Shown: positions 27,643 through 38,305, numbered from the stretch's first letter. The stretch: 64,000 bases of DNA from Aureliella sp. (GCA_963691875.1 OY829846.1:4160001-4224000); one strand, 5' to 3'. Notes: generated by a model from the sequence alone, not told the origin. Numbers and translations: made by a program.

Positions 27643-28818
27643 ATGAGCACTCAACCTACTGAACACGCGCTACAAGACCAATTGTTGGAATTGCTGACTG
27701 GCGATTCACGCCGTTTTCGCATGCAAGCACTGCACTTGCTTAGCGAGGCATACTGTGACTCGCCGCGAGTTGTTGAACAGGTATTCTTAGCTTGGGAAAA
27801 ACTGGAACCAGCCGAAGCATTTCCTGAGTTCCCGATGCTTTCCTTCTTGCCAATTCCAGCAGGCCAAATCGTCGCTTGCTGCGAAAGAGCCCAGGCGATG
27901 GCCGCTGATCGTAAGCTGACCGATCCCAGCGCAAGAGCGGGTGGCAAGCTGTTGGAGCAACTCATTCGCTTGCCAGCCAAAGATCTGGGGCCGCATTTGG
28001 AACGGCTGGAACAAGTGAAAGCGTCGAGCAAGATCTTCTTTCGCGTCGATCTCGTCCAAGTTCGCGATCGTCTTCAGCTTGCAGACTGCTCGGCAGATCA
28101 GTGCGCCGCCGTTCTGAATAATTCGGTTGCAGAGCTCGCTGAAAGCAACCAGAACCCACGTGTCTTCTCTCAGGGGCTGGCTGCCTTGGAGGCGTTGAGG
28201 ACCTATCATCCAGATTACATTGATCTGAATTCAGTACTCAAAGCTCCGGTTCCGATGAAGCAAGATCATGCTTCGGCTGAAGCTGAGAAGCCGATCAATC
28301 CAAGCCTGCGTTTGACGCTGCAGAGTTTGTGCGAAAAAGCACACGCGGGCACCGAGTCGTGGATTGGAGAATTCCTGGTCAGTGATCAAGAGGCGGTTTT
28401 CTCTGTCGCGGTTGATTCACTAGTACGTTCTGGCTCTCGTTTCGCGGCAGAGCAGCTGCTAGAGAAAGTGGATATGGTAGATGGCGACAATCGTAAGTGG
28501 ATCGCACGTGGACTGCAGCGGTTGCAACTTCCTGGATTGGCTTCTGGCATCGCCGCATGCCGCGACCAGTGTCGTGACCCTTACGTCTGGTTGATGCTGC
28601 TGATTGCCGAAGTCCGGCAGTTACAGCTTGATAGTTTTGATCGCATTGCTTTCGATTTGAGTCGGCTGCAGTCGCCTTCCGAAGTATTGGCGGACGCACT
28701 GGCGATGTACCTGCATGTGCATTCCGCCGCCGTGAACTTTGGTGACATGCGGCTTGTCATAGAAGATTACTTCAGAAAGTCAGGCTTGGACGTGGCTCAT
28801 CTGGAACTACCCGAATAG
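27643..28818 (+). CDS. Hypothetical all-helical (HEAT-like) protein
   Basis: Long ORF, likely start MSTQPT at 27643; ends 11 nt before the molybdopterin oxidoreductase. Confidence 0.65.
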   Translation: MSTQPTEHALQDQLLELLTGDSRRFRMQALHLLSEAYCDSPRVVEQVFLAWEKLEPAEAFPEFPMLSFLPIPAGQIVACCERAQAMAADRKLTDPSARAGGKLLEQLIRLPAKDLGPHLERLEQVKASSKIFFRVDLVQVRDRLQLADCSADQCAAVLNNSVAELAESNQNPRVFSQGLAALEALRTYHPDYIDLNSVLKAPVPMKQDHASAEAEKPINPSLRLTLQSLCEKAHAGTESWIGEFLVSDQEAVFSVAVDSLVRSGSRFAAEQLLEKVDMVDGDNRKWIARGLQRLQLPGLASGIAACRDQCRDPYVWLMLLIAEVRQLQLDSFDRIAFDLSRLQSPSEVLADALAMYLHVHSAAVNFGDMRLVIEDYFRKSGLDVAHLELPE

Positions 28819-28829
28819 GAACTCATGCG

Positions 28830-30866
28830 ATGACTCAGCTTCAAGTCCTGCGATCTGTCTGCCCCTTGGATTGTCCCGACACTTGTGCACTGGATATCAC
28901 GGTGCAAGGCCACCGGATGCTTAAGTTGACCGGGCATTCTGAGCATCCTGTGACTCAGGGCTTCGCCTGCGTGAAGATGGCCAAGTATCCCTTGCGGCAG
29001 CATCACGAAGATCGCCTACGTTATCCGCTCAAGCGAGTGGGCACGAAGGGAGCGGGTAAGTTTCAGCGAGTCAGTTGGGACGAGGCGCTGGATGAGATAG
29101 CGGAAAGACTCCAAGGCAATGCGCAGGAGTTCGGCGAGCAGAGCTTACTGCCGTTTAGCTACGCCGGGACGATGGGGCTGATCGAGTGCGAGTATCCCAC
29201 GGCGTTCTTTCGCGCACTCGGAGCCAGTGAACTTGACTGGACGATTTGCGCGGCCACTGCCGGTGCAGGTTGGGAAGCCAACTACGGTCCCAACAAGATG
29301 TCGACTCCGCCGGAAAGTGTAGTGCATTCCAAGTTGGTCATCCTGTGGGGGATTAACGCTCTGCGGTCGAACAGCCATCTAGTGCCTTTCATGAAAAAGG
29401 CGAAGCATGCTGGTGCACGCGTTCTGCACATCGATCCGTATCGCAACGAGACCAGTCGCTTTGCCGATGAACACTGGCAAGTCAATGTCGGCAGCGATGC
29501 GGCTCTGGCCTTGGCGCTGGGACGTGAGGTCTTGCGGCAAGGTCTTGAGGACTCCAAGTACTTGCAGCAGTACGCAGTTGGCATCGAAGAATATCGCCAA
29601 GCTTGCGAACCCTGGACTCCGGAGCGAGCCGCCGAGTTATGCGGAATCGAAGCGGAGAAGATCAAAGAGCTGGCGAATGAGATTGGCAATGAGCCAGCGA
29701 CTTTCATCAAGATCGGCTACGGGATGACTCGGAATGAAGGTGGTGGAAATGCAGCGCGAGCCGTCACTCTCTTGCCAGCGTTGACCGGTGCTTGGCGGCA
29801 TCTTGGCGGAGGGGGAGCACTCTCGACCAGTGGTGGCTTTGGTTTGAACGAGAGCCGTTACTCGGGCAAGCATTTGCTCAAGAGCGGACGTCGTCACATC
29901 AATCAAAACCAGCTTGGCAAAGCCCTGAACGCGACGAAAGATCCAATTTCGACGCTGTTCGTCTACAACTCCAATCCAGCAGCAATCGCGCCCGATTCGA
30001 GTTCTGTGCTAAAAGGGTTCCGACGCGAAGATCTGTTCACCGTGGTACTTGAGCATTTCCAGACCGACACGGCGGACTACGCAGATTTTCTGTTGCCGGC
30101 TACCACTTTTGTAGAGCATCCCGACTTGTATAAATCCTATGGGCATTATCACTTGCAATGGGCCGAGCCAATTATGCCGCCATTGGAAGAGTGCCGGCCG
30201 AACAGCTGGGTATTCAAAGAGCTGGCAAAAAGACTGGGGCTGGAAGATGAGGTCTTCACAATGTCGACCGAAGAGCTTGCCACGGACTTGCTCGACAGCT
30301 CAGCGCCGCAGCTCGAAGGGATCACTTTGGAACAATTGAAGAAGGAACGAAGTGTCCCGCTTTATTTTGCCGGTGATTTCCGTCCGTATTCTGAAGGCAG
30401 CAACTTTGAGGATCGAAAGATTCGTTTTTCTCCTCCGCCGGAACAAGTTGAGTTCGCTGTGCAAACGTCCGAAGAGTTTCCTTTGCGGTTAATCTCGCCG
30501 CCAGGAGCATTTCTGTTGAATACGAGCATGGGCAATCTGGAGCCGATCATCAAAGCAGCCGGAGGCGAGCCGACGGTAATCGTGCATCCCGTCGATGCGG
30601 CAGAGCAGGGGATTACCGATGGTTCTCAGATTCAAATTGAAAGCAGCAAGGGTGCGATCCGCCGCAAGGCGATTGTCTCTACCGATGCAAAGAAAGGTGT
30701 GGTGGTAGCACTTGGACAGTGGTGGCCGAAGCTTGCTCCTGACAAGAAATCGCTGAACGAGCTCACCGATCAAGGACTTACGGATCTTGGTGGCGGAAGT
30801 CTATTTGGCAATGCAGTCGTACGGATACTCCCCGTCGCGCAGGCTTCTAGCCTTCCAGTGACATAG
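28830..30866 (+). CDS. Molybdopterin (bis-MGD) oxidoreductase with N-terminal 4Fe-4S motif
   Basis: CPLDCPDTC...C, RVSWDEALD, TDTADYADFLLPATT, C-terminal molydop-binding domain; no Tat signal. Confidence 0.9.
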   Translation: MTQLQVLRSVCPLDCPDTCALDITVQGHRMLKLTGHSEHPVTQGFACVKMAKYPLRQHHEDRLRYPLKRVGTKGAGKFQRVSWDEALDEIAERLQGNAQEFGEQSLLPFSYAGTMGLIECEYPTAFFRALGASELDWTICAATAGAGWEANYGPNKMSTPPESVVHSKLVILWGINALRSNSHLVPFMKKAKHAGARVLHIDPYRNETSRFADEHWQVNVGSDAALALALGREVLRQGLEDSKYLQQYAVGIEEYRQACEPWTPERAAELCGIEAEKIKELANEIGNEPATFIKIGYGMTRNEGGGNAARAVTLLPALTGAWRHLGGGGALSTSGGFGLNESRYSGKHLLKSGRRHINQNQLGKALNATKDPISTLFVYNSNPAAIAPDSSSVLKGFRREDLFTVVLEHFQTDTADYADFLLPATTFVEHPDLYKSYGHYHLQWAEPIMPPLEECRPNSWVFKELAKRLGLEDEVFTMSTEELATDLLDSSAPQLEGITLEQLKKERSVPLYFAGDFRPYSEGSNFEDRKIRFSPPPEQVEFAVQTSEEFPLRLISPPGAFLLNTSMGNLEPIIKAAGGEPTVIVHPVDAAEQGITDGSQIQIESSKGAIRRKAIVSTDAKKGVVVALGQWWPKLAPDKKSLNELTDQGLTDLGGGSLFGNAVVRILPVAQASSLPVT

Positions 30867-30924
30867 TTTTCCAGCCTGTGTTCTACGCAAGAATTCGGTT
30901 CCCACAGGCTGGAAGCCTTTGCTA
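30834..30924. repeat. REP-like palindromic cluster (family C) overlapping the oxidoreductase 3' end
   Basis: CAGGCTTCTAGCCT, TTCCAGCCTGTG and the inverted CACAGGCTGGAAGCC. Confidence 0.7.
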
Positions 30925-30941
30925 GGTCAGAACACGTGCTA

Positions 30942-32276
30942 CTACTTGGGGAGTTTCACCTTTGCGGGTTTCTCTTTCTTGGGTTCATCAATAGTTGGTG
31001 GGAAGCCATTGAGTTGTCGCCAGATCTCGTAGCCCAACGGCACTTGATTCAACAGCACCTAACCATTGGCTCGTACTCCTTGGCGCAATCTATCCAGTGG
31101 CCAGTCGATATCTACGTCACGATGGATGTCGGGAGTTACCAATACTCGGAAGTTCCCTTTGCCGTCGTCGGTGGGGAAGACGCGATTGACCTTGCCGCCA
31201 AAAGTTCCGATGGCAACAGACGGCCAGCCAACAAATTGCACCGCAGGCCAACCCTCCATCTGTAGTCGAACTTGGTCGCCCTCGTGGATTAGCGGCATGT
31301 CATTTCCAGATACCATCATTTCGATCGCCATATCGGTTGCTTCTGGGACTACAACAAACATCGGATCGCCTTCCTTCACGGTATTACTACCTTCCAGGCC
31401 GTACCACTGCTGAATGTACCCGCTACGCGGAGCGCTGATTTCCAAGCGTCCCAAGACTTCCTGCCGTTTCTTTTCTAAGACTGCGAGTTCTTTGTTGAAA
31501 GATGCCACTTTTGATTCCTCATCTCGAACCTTGGCATTGGCAATCTCCATCTTGGACTTTAGATCCTCATTCTTCGAATCAACTTCTTTCTCTTTGCCGC
31601 CAAGATTTGCTTTAGATTCCTCGACGTAGTCGCCAGCTTTCATCGATTTTTGTCTCGCCGCTTCGACGGCTTGTCGTTTGGCAACTAATTCACCTTTGGA
31701 GCCGATACCGACTTTGATTACATCTTCTGCGATACGAAGGTCGTTTTCCTTCGCAGCGAGTTCTGCGTCGACGGCCGCCGCTTCTTTTTCGGCTTGAGCC
31801 AGCTTTTGTTTGGCAACTTTTAATTGTTCTTCCAGGGAGAACCGCATTAGTTCATTGCTGGATTCTTGCAGTTCCACCACACGTTCTGCATTCTTGACAC
31901 GTTCCTTCGCGGCTCGCATTTGGATGTCCAACGCAGCAAATTGAAGCTCGAATTGCTGTTCGGCTCCCTCTGCAGCTGGCACGAGTACGATCAGAGGCTC
32001 GCCCTGTTTCACAAAGGAACCCTCGCGCAAGCCCGGTTTTACCCAGTCAACGATTCCTTTCGCAGCGCTCTTCACCGCTTGAGGTCGCTGTTGTGGATCA
32101 AGAGCCACCACGATGCCAGTCCCGGATGCAGTTTGCTGCCAAGGCAGAAAGACCATCCCTACGAGGCAGAGAAGGAACAGAACCAATGTCACTCGACCGG
32201 CGATACGCACCATGCGAGTGGTTCGTACGAGCTGCAAGGCTGGAAAGTCTGACCAAGTTTTTTGAATGGCATTCAT
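30942..32276 (-). pseudogene. HlyD-family secretion/efflux adaptor with premature TAG
   Basis: HlyD motifs (EISAPRSG, GWPAVQFVGWP). TAG at 31059-31061 lies in RQGVRANG*VLLNQVPLGYEIWRQLNGFPP; the frame stays open to tandem TAG TAG at 30942. Confidence 0.8.
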
Positions 32277-34387
32277 GACGAGAGCTCTAGCTGAGCGGGA
32301 AGGCTATCAAGCAAATATTTGTTCTTCGAGGCGACGACCACGGTTGTAGCGGGCAGTTCTAGCAATCGACCAACAGTGTCTTTCTGATCTTCTTCAGAGA
32401 GTTCGTCCAGCGCACCCGAAACGAGCAGAAGCCCAGGTTGTCCGGCCAGTGCTCGCGCGAGCATCAGCTTTGCAATTTGAGATCGGCTGAAAGGCGAGCC
32501 GCCTGTTTGAAGTGTCGTGTCGAGTCCGTCTTCGAGTCGAGAGATTGTGTCCCATAAGCCCACTAGTTCGAGGACTTCGCGGATCCGCTCACGTCCGACG
32601 CCGAGACGGCCCATGGAGACGTTGTCGTGGATGCTCCCGTAAAACACCTCGGCCTGAGCTGCCCAGCCCACCGCAGTACCTTGCGATCCAAGGACTAGCT
32701 CGGGTGCTTCTATGCCGTCTACTTCAACATGTCCTGCTTGAGGTGATCTCAGGCCCGCGATGGCTTCCAGGAGCTCACCCGCTGAGCCGTTGTCCAGCAA
32801 GCCAACCTTTGCACCGGCATCGATGGCATTTGCACGAACCGTTCCGCCTTTGGAATTCAGACGTAGGTCGTCCCAGCCGACAGTCAGCGCCTTGCCTGAG
32901 GCCACTGAGACATAGGCATGAGGATCGACGGGGATGTCTAGAAGTTGGCCGACTTTCTCGATACCTGCCATCAGATCGTAGTACTTTTCAAGCGATTTGC
33001 CGGCTTTTGAGAAGGCGCCGACAACGACTGCCACAACAAGCTCACTAGCGACCAGTTGTCCGAGAGTGAGCTGTCCTTGGATGACCAGATATCCTCCTAA
33101 GCCAAGTAGGACCGTGGATGCCACAACTTGAAGGCCAATAGCGAAAATGACTTGTCGCAGAACGACTTGAAACTGTTGCTTTCGTGCGTGCACGTAGTCG
33201 GCGGCGAGAACGTTTGCTCGATCGACCGAGAACGCTCGTCCGCCGTTGGCGCGAAAGGCACCAGGAGAATCCAATACGTCTTGAAGCCAGTGCACGATTC
33301 GGTACTTGGTTTTGGATTCCCGAATGGCCGTCCGGACACCGCCCCTTCCGAGCAAAAAGGTAACAACTGTCATGCACAAAAGAAGCACTAAGTCGAATCC
33401 GAGCAGGAAGGGATGGTAGAAGGCGAGCAGCAGCATCCCGAGAAAGGCTGTCAGGACAATGGAAACGCCATCCATTAGCAAAATAGCAGTTGCCTTCTGA
33501 ATGGTCATTACGTCGAAGACGCGATTTGCGAGTTCTCTCGGGTACTTGGATTCGAAATAATCGCGCTGAGCAACAAGAAAGCGGTGAGCAAGGTCACTGA
33601 CGATTCGGACCAGTTGCCGTCTCTGGATGATTTCCACGACGATCGTTTGAAGTACGGTGAGTGCCGCTGATATCCCAAGGCTGATCAGAAGAATCAGTGC
33701 CAATACAAGCAATGGCTGGAGGTAGATACCCCAGCTAACTACATTCACTAAGGACTCCACCGCCAGAGGCGTAGCGAGTCCGAGAGCTCCGGCGATGAGG
33801 CCGAAGAGGCTGACCGTGAAAATGTCTCTCGCATCCAAGCGGAGCAGTTGGAAGAATCTACGACCGGGTGTTAGAGCCTTAGTCTTGCCAGTCCGCTCGT
33901 TTCCATGCATCGGTGCTTGCGAGAGAGCGTCGCATTCGAGTTCCCGCCGCACGACAAAGTACCGCGCGTCAGAAACTTTTCGCAGCCTGGATGCCCACTT
34001 GCGGGCTGACATGCGCTCGGTAAGTCCAAGGCCTTCTTCGTTGATGTGTTGAAGTTCGAGCCGATCTAATCCCGGCGTGCGAGCGAGTATCAGAAACTCG
34101 TCTTCGTCCCATTGGACTAGGACTGGCAAGCCTTCCTCAGCAAGTTCCCAGAGCGTATCGGTTTCTTCGCTACTGGCTTCGCCCAGGGTGAGGCCTACCT
34201 GTGAGGCGGCGAGTGTTAGAGTGGACCCAACGTCAACTTCGTCCGTCGCGTGCAAGAATCCTAAGTCGAGCTGCGCCCGCTCAATCCGCAGGTCGAGCGG
34301 CAGTGCAGCACGGCTGAGTACGGCATAGACGATGTTTCCTAGCTGATCCGTCGCGGTTTCTGGGCGGTGCATGGCTAATCTCAGCAA
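32273..34387 (-). CDS. Type I secretion-type ABC transporter (N-terminal C39-like region, TMD, degenerate NBD)
   Basis: ATPLAVESLVN, GQLTLGQLVASEL, GLDTTLQTGG. Walker A and signature motifs are degenerate. Confidence 0.8.
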   Translation of the reverse strand: MLRLAMHRPETATDQLGNIVYAVLSRAALPLDLRIERAQLDLGFLHATDEVDVGSTLTLAASQVGLTLGEASSEETDTLWELAEEGLPVLVQWDEDEFLILARTPGLDRLELQHINEEGLGLTERMSARKWASRLRKVSDARYFVVRRELECDALSQAPMHGNERTGKTKALTPGRRFFQLLRLDARDIFTVSLFGLIAGALGLATPLAVESLVNVVSWGIYLQPLLVLALILLISLGISAALTVLQTIVVEIIQRRQLVRIVSDLAHRFLVAQRDYFESKYPRELANRVFDVMTIQKATAILLMDGVSIVLTAFLGMLLLAFYHPFLLGFDLVLLLCMTVVTFLLGRGGVRTAIRESKTKYRIVHWLQDVLDSPGAFRANGGRAFSVDRANVLAADYVHARKQQFQVVLRQVIFAIGLQVVASTVLLGLGGYLVIQGQLTLGQLVASELVVAVVVGAFSKAGKSLEKYYDLMAGIEKVGQLLDIPVDPHAYVSVASGKALTVGWDDLRLNSKGGTVRANAIDAGAKVGLLDNGSAGELLEAIAGLRSPQAGHVEVDGIEAPELVLGSQGTAVGWAAQAEVFYGSIHDNVSMGRLGVGRERIREVLELVGLWDTISRLEDGLDTTLQTGGSPFSRSQIAKLMLARALAGQPGLLLVSGALDELSEEDQKDTVGRLLELPATTVVVASKNKYLLDSLPAQLELSS

Positions 34388-34454
34388 GTTCCACGTTGTC
34401 TGGTTCCGACGTTCATCTTCTAGAAGCCACGAAGATGATGATGTGAATCATAAT

Positions 34455-34550
34455 ACACGAAATGTAATTCGCTAATTGTGGTGCGTCAATCCAGAATGAG
34501 TAGTAATTTTTCGTATAATGCAAAACGTGAATAGTGTTTCGCTAATTGTG
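34455..34550. promoter_or_regulatory. Repeated operator-like sites in the divergent promoter region
   Basis: TTCGCTAATTGTG repeated exactly at 34468-34480 and 34538-34550, each as the right half of (C/T)GAA-N6-TTCG. Confidence 0.55.
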
Positions 34551-34680
34551 CTACACTATAGGGGATGTTGAACCCTAGAGCTGCGGGCCTTCGCAGGGCT
34601 TGTTTTACGGCCGCGAAGATGTGCTAGGAGAGGCCTAGGACATAATTCTCGCCTCCTCTCATCACTAGAAAGGCAGCCCA

Positions 34681-35067
34681 ATGCCTAGGAAAGCTGCGGA
34701 AAAGAAGACTAAGACAAGCCAGCCTAAGGTGGCGGTGGCGGTGGCGACGGCGACAGCCGGTGTCAGTCCTGCATCGAGCTCACGCTGGACCTTCCTAACT
34801 AACCATGCCCATGTATTGGCGATGATTCATTCGCATCCTGAAATGGTCCTGCGAGAGATTGCTTTACACGTTGGAATTACGGAGCGTGCAGTGCAGAGAA
34901 TCATTCAGGAGCTGGAGGAGGCGGGCTTTATCCTGCGCGAGAAAGTGGGGCGACGTAACACTTATGAGTTGCAAACCGACGTGCCGCTCCGTCACCCAAT
35001 CGAATCGCACCGCAACATCGGTGATCTCTTGGAACTCGTGAGTGATCGGCCCTCCGAGCTTGGCTAG
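34681..35067 (+). CDS. Winged helix-turn-helix transcriptional regulator (MarR/ArsR-like)
   Basis: [11 protein letters not shown]...[26 protein letters not shown]...GRRNTY...LRHPIE. Confidence 0.88.
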   Translation: MPRKAAEKKTKTSQPKVAVAVATATAGVSPASSSRWTFLTNHAHVLAMIHSHPEMVLREIALHVGITERAVQRIIQELEEAGFILREKVGRRNTYELQTDVPLRHPIESHRNIGDLLELVSDRPSELG

Positions 35068-35143
35068 GCTTGCGAACCGCTTCTCTAGGGTTCATTCTGC
35101 CGCAAATCTCGCCAGCAACTTCTGAAAGAACAATTAGACGAAG

Positions 35144-36850
35144 TTACTGCTGGTCGTTGTTGTCCTGTGCCTTACCTCGCTGAAGGTGCTTCTCCCAGTC
35201 CGCCTCAAAGTCTGCGGGTACTTGATCTACGTCCTTCCGCATGTCGTCAGGGCCTGGATAATCTGCAGGAGGCAAGTCGGTGATCTCCATCGCTTCTGCT
35301 AGGGGATCGAGGGCCAGCGCTGCCTGAAGTTGACTCAAGGCGAAGAACCAGTCCGATTGAGCTTCGACCAATTTGACCTCTGTCTCGAAGGCCTTGGTCT
35401 CAACGATGTTCAAGTAAAGTAGATCTTCGTAGCCTTTGTTGTACGCATACTGATAGCTCCGAAGCGTCGTAATCGCATACTCGACGGCTTGTTTCGATTG
35501 CTCAAGTTGTTGCGCCGCAAATCGGATTGCATTGTCAGCTTCTTGGATCTCGACACCGATCTTGTTGCGTTGCAGTCTTAGTTCTTGATTAATCTGCGCA
35601 ATTTTGGAAGCCGTTGATTGGATCTTTCCTCGCGCCTTGCGCCGTTGGATCGGTAACGAACCTTGGAGCCCAGCCGCGAGTTGAAACTGACCCTTATCGT
35701 TGCTGGAAGAGGCTGGCGTTCCGACGTCTTGTGAGCCTTCGGTGTAGAGGTCAATCGTTGGGAGCAGTTGATTGCGTGCGAGCCGTTGGTCAATCTGCTG
35801 GCTCTGCAAGCTGAGTTGCAGTAAGTTGATTTCAGGACGACGTGACGCGGCCAGTGCCATCTCGCTATCTACGTCTAACGGATCGAGTTGGTAGGTCCTG
35901 GGGAAGTGTTCTGGCAGCCAGCTCTCGGGTGGCAAGCGCGGATTGCCAAACTCGTCGCGGAGGTAAAGTGATAGCTTGAAACCAGCCTGCCGGAATTTTT
36001 GCTCGACTTCCAGCATCTTGTTTCGGCGTTCAGCGAGCAACTGATTGTTTAAGAATACATCAACTTTGGCGAAACGGCCGGCTTCTTGGCCAGCTTGGAA
36101 TTGTTTTGGCGTTTGGCCGCGAGCTCGACCAGTGCACGCTGGATTTGCAGCTTGTTACCTTCCGCGACCCACTTCCAGTAATAGGCACTTGCTTCGAGCG
36201 CCGAGATCAAGATCTCACGTTGGATCTGCGGTTCTACGGCTTGGCGACCAAGACTGGCCTGGAACACTGCTACGCGTCGCGGGTCGATGGCCCGTCCTTG
36301 AAGAAGCGGTATACCAAGCGCGACTTTAAATTCGCCGCCTTCATTGGTTTCGCGCTCTTTGTACCAAGGCTGAAAGTCACCTCGGCCAAGACGATATCCT
36401 GCAGCTAGGTAACCGCCCCACCAAGTTCTTCGAGAGACGCCGAGTCCGTGCCGGAAATTGCGATAGGAAATTGCGATAGAATCCCGTTGGCTCGGAAACC
36501 GTGAAGCCTTCCAACTTTGTGTCGAAGGCTCCCATCGCCGAAACCTGTTCGCCTTGAAGTTCGCTTCGCTGCAAACGCGATTTCTGGACTTTGGGGAAGG
36601 AACTTAGAACACTGGCGATAACGTCTGCCAAAGTCAGATATTCAGCGTCGCCTCCGATCATCAGGTCTTCTGCTGAGTTTTGATAGTTTTGAACTCCTGC
36701 GTCTGCCGGGGGTGTCACTGAAGACGGGTAGGCCGAAGGTGGAGGAGCGATTTCTATGACCTGTGCTTGGACGCCAGCTCCACACAGGCATATGAGTCCC
36801 ACGATCAGGTAGAATTGAATTGCTTGCATAGTCGACGGCTCCGTATACAT
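35144..36850 (-). pseudogene. TolC-family outer membrane efflux protein, split by two frameshifts
   Basis: 13-bp tandem duplication at 36453-36478 and a 1-nt deletion near the T-run at 36104-36107. Repairing both gives one continuous frame (GFYRNFRHGLG...WYKERETNEGGEFK...ARNQLLPTIDL). Confidence 0.85.
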
Positions 36851-36968
36851 CGGTTATCGACCGCATCGAGTGGATCCGCCAAGCACGCGAACTGCGAGCC
36901 GAAAGATCGCTCGTCTACCCCAGCTTCCCAGGGCGTAAAGCCACACCAGACCTCTCCAAGAGCCTCCC

Positions 36969-38264
36969 ATGCGAAACTCTATTAAGATTCTCTGCTTTTT
37001 AGTATTAATCTGTCATTTTCAACCCGCGCTGGCACAGCAGGATGGGTTGGAAAATTTGTTCGACGGTAAGACTTTGTCTGGCTGGCACGGAAACAATCCG
37101 CATACAACGGCAAAGGCCAAGACGGATGCCGATCAGGAAGTTTCGCTGAAGAAACAGCAAGCAGAATTCGAGAAGCATTGGAGCGTAGACGGCGCTGAGC
37201 TCGTTAACGATGGCAAGGGGCCGTATGCGACCTCGGATGCAAGTTATGGAGATATTGAGTTCTGGGTTGAATACAAGACAGTTGCCAAGGCTGACAGCGG
37301 CATCTACTTGCGAGGCACACCGCAGGTTCAGATCTGGGACACGACTGAGGCTGGCGGGAAATGGAATCGCAACGCGAACTATGGTTCCGGCGGTCTGTTC
37401 AATAACTCGAAAGGCGCTCCTGGCCAACTGCCGCTTCATCTAGCGGACAAGTCCTTCGGGGAGTGGAATCGTTTTCGTATCGTGCAATTAGGCAGTCGGA
37501 CTTGGGTGGAGCTGAACGACAAGCTGGTCGTTGATGGCGCCGTAATGGAGAATTATTGGAATCGCAAGCTGCCTCTGCCTGCGGAAGGACCGATTCACCT
37601 TCAGACTCACGGTGGCGAGATTCGCTGGAAGAATATCAAAGTGCGAACTATCGAAGCGGAGGAAGCGAATCGCAAGTTGCGTGGAGATGATGTGAAATCA
37701 GGCTTCGAATCGATCTTCAACGGCAAGGATCTAATTGGCTGGTCGGGTGCGGTTGCCGATTACCAAGTCGTGGATGGGACCTTGCAATGCAAACCGGGGA
37801 AGGGCGGAGTGCTGTTCACCAATGAAGAGTATGAGAACTTTGTCGTGCGTCTGGAGTTTAAGTTGCCTCCGGGCGGTAACAATGGTTTGGCAATCCGTTA
37901 TCCTGGCAAAGGCCGTGCGGCCTACGATGGTATGTGTGAGCTTCAAGTACTGGACAGCGAACATCCGAAGTACGCCAAGCTTGATCCCCGTCAGTACCAC
38001 GGATCTGTCTACGGGATTTCCGCGGCGCACCGCGGCTATCTGCGCGAGGCGGGTGAGTGGAACTATCAGGAAGTGACAGTAGAGGGCAGTCATATTCGTG
38101 TGGAACTGAACGGAACAATTATTACAGACGTGGATGTCGCAACCATCAAGGAATACAAGGACAACGCCAAACATCCGGGAGTGTCACTTACGGGCGGTCA
38201 TTTTGGCTTCGCTGGGCACAATGACCCCGTCCAGTTTCGCGACATCGCTATCAAACGGCTTTGA
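36969..38264 (+). CDS. Tandem DUF1080 (3-keto-glycoside hydrolase-like) protein
   Basis: Two domains, each with LFxGKxLxGW, DSG/NNG, GEWN and a G-H...FRxI pattern; signal peptide. Confidence 0.9.
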   Translation: MRNSIKILCFLVLICHFQPALAQQDGLENLFDGKTLSGWHGNNPHTTAKAKTDADQEVSLKKQQAEFEKHWSVDGAELVNDGKGPYATSDASYGDIEFWVEYKTVAKADSGIYLRGTPQVQIWDTTEAGGKWNRNANYGSGGLFNNSKGAPGQLPLHLADKSFGEWNRFRIVQLGSRTWVELNDKLVVDGAVMENYWNRKLPLPAEGPIHLQTHGGEIRWKNIKVRTIEAEEANRKLRGDDVKSGFESIFNGKDLIGWSGAVADYQVVDGTLQCKPGKGGVLFTNEEYENFVVRLEFKLPPGGNNGLAIRYPGKGRAAYDGMCELQVLDSEHPKYAKLDPRQYHGSVYGISAAHRGYLREAGEWNYQEVTVEGSHIRVELNGTIITDVDVATIKEYKDNAKHPGVSLTGGHFGFAGHNDPVQFRDIAIKRL

Positions 38265-38305
38265 CACCGGCCGCAAGAATGCTGTTGCGATTTCAGACAT
38301 TCATG

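Noticed and set aside
31059..31061. TAG in HlyD as pyrrolysine or programmed readthrough
   Set aside because: The context fits a Trp codon mutated by one base, neighbouring genes of the same system are also broken, and TAG is used as a normal stop throughout the window.
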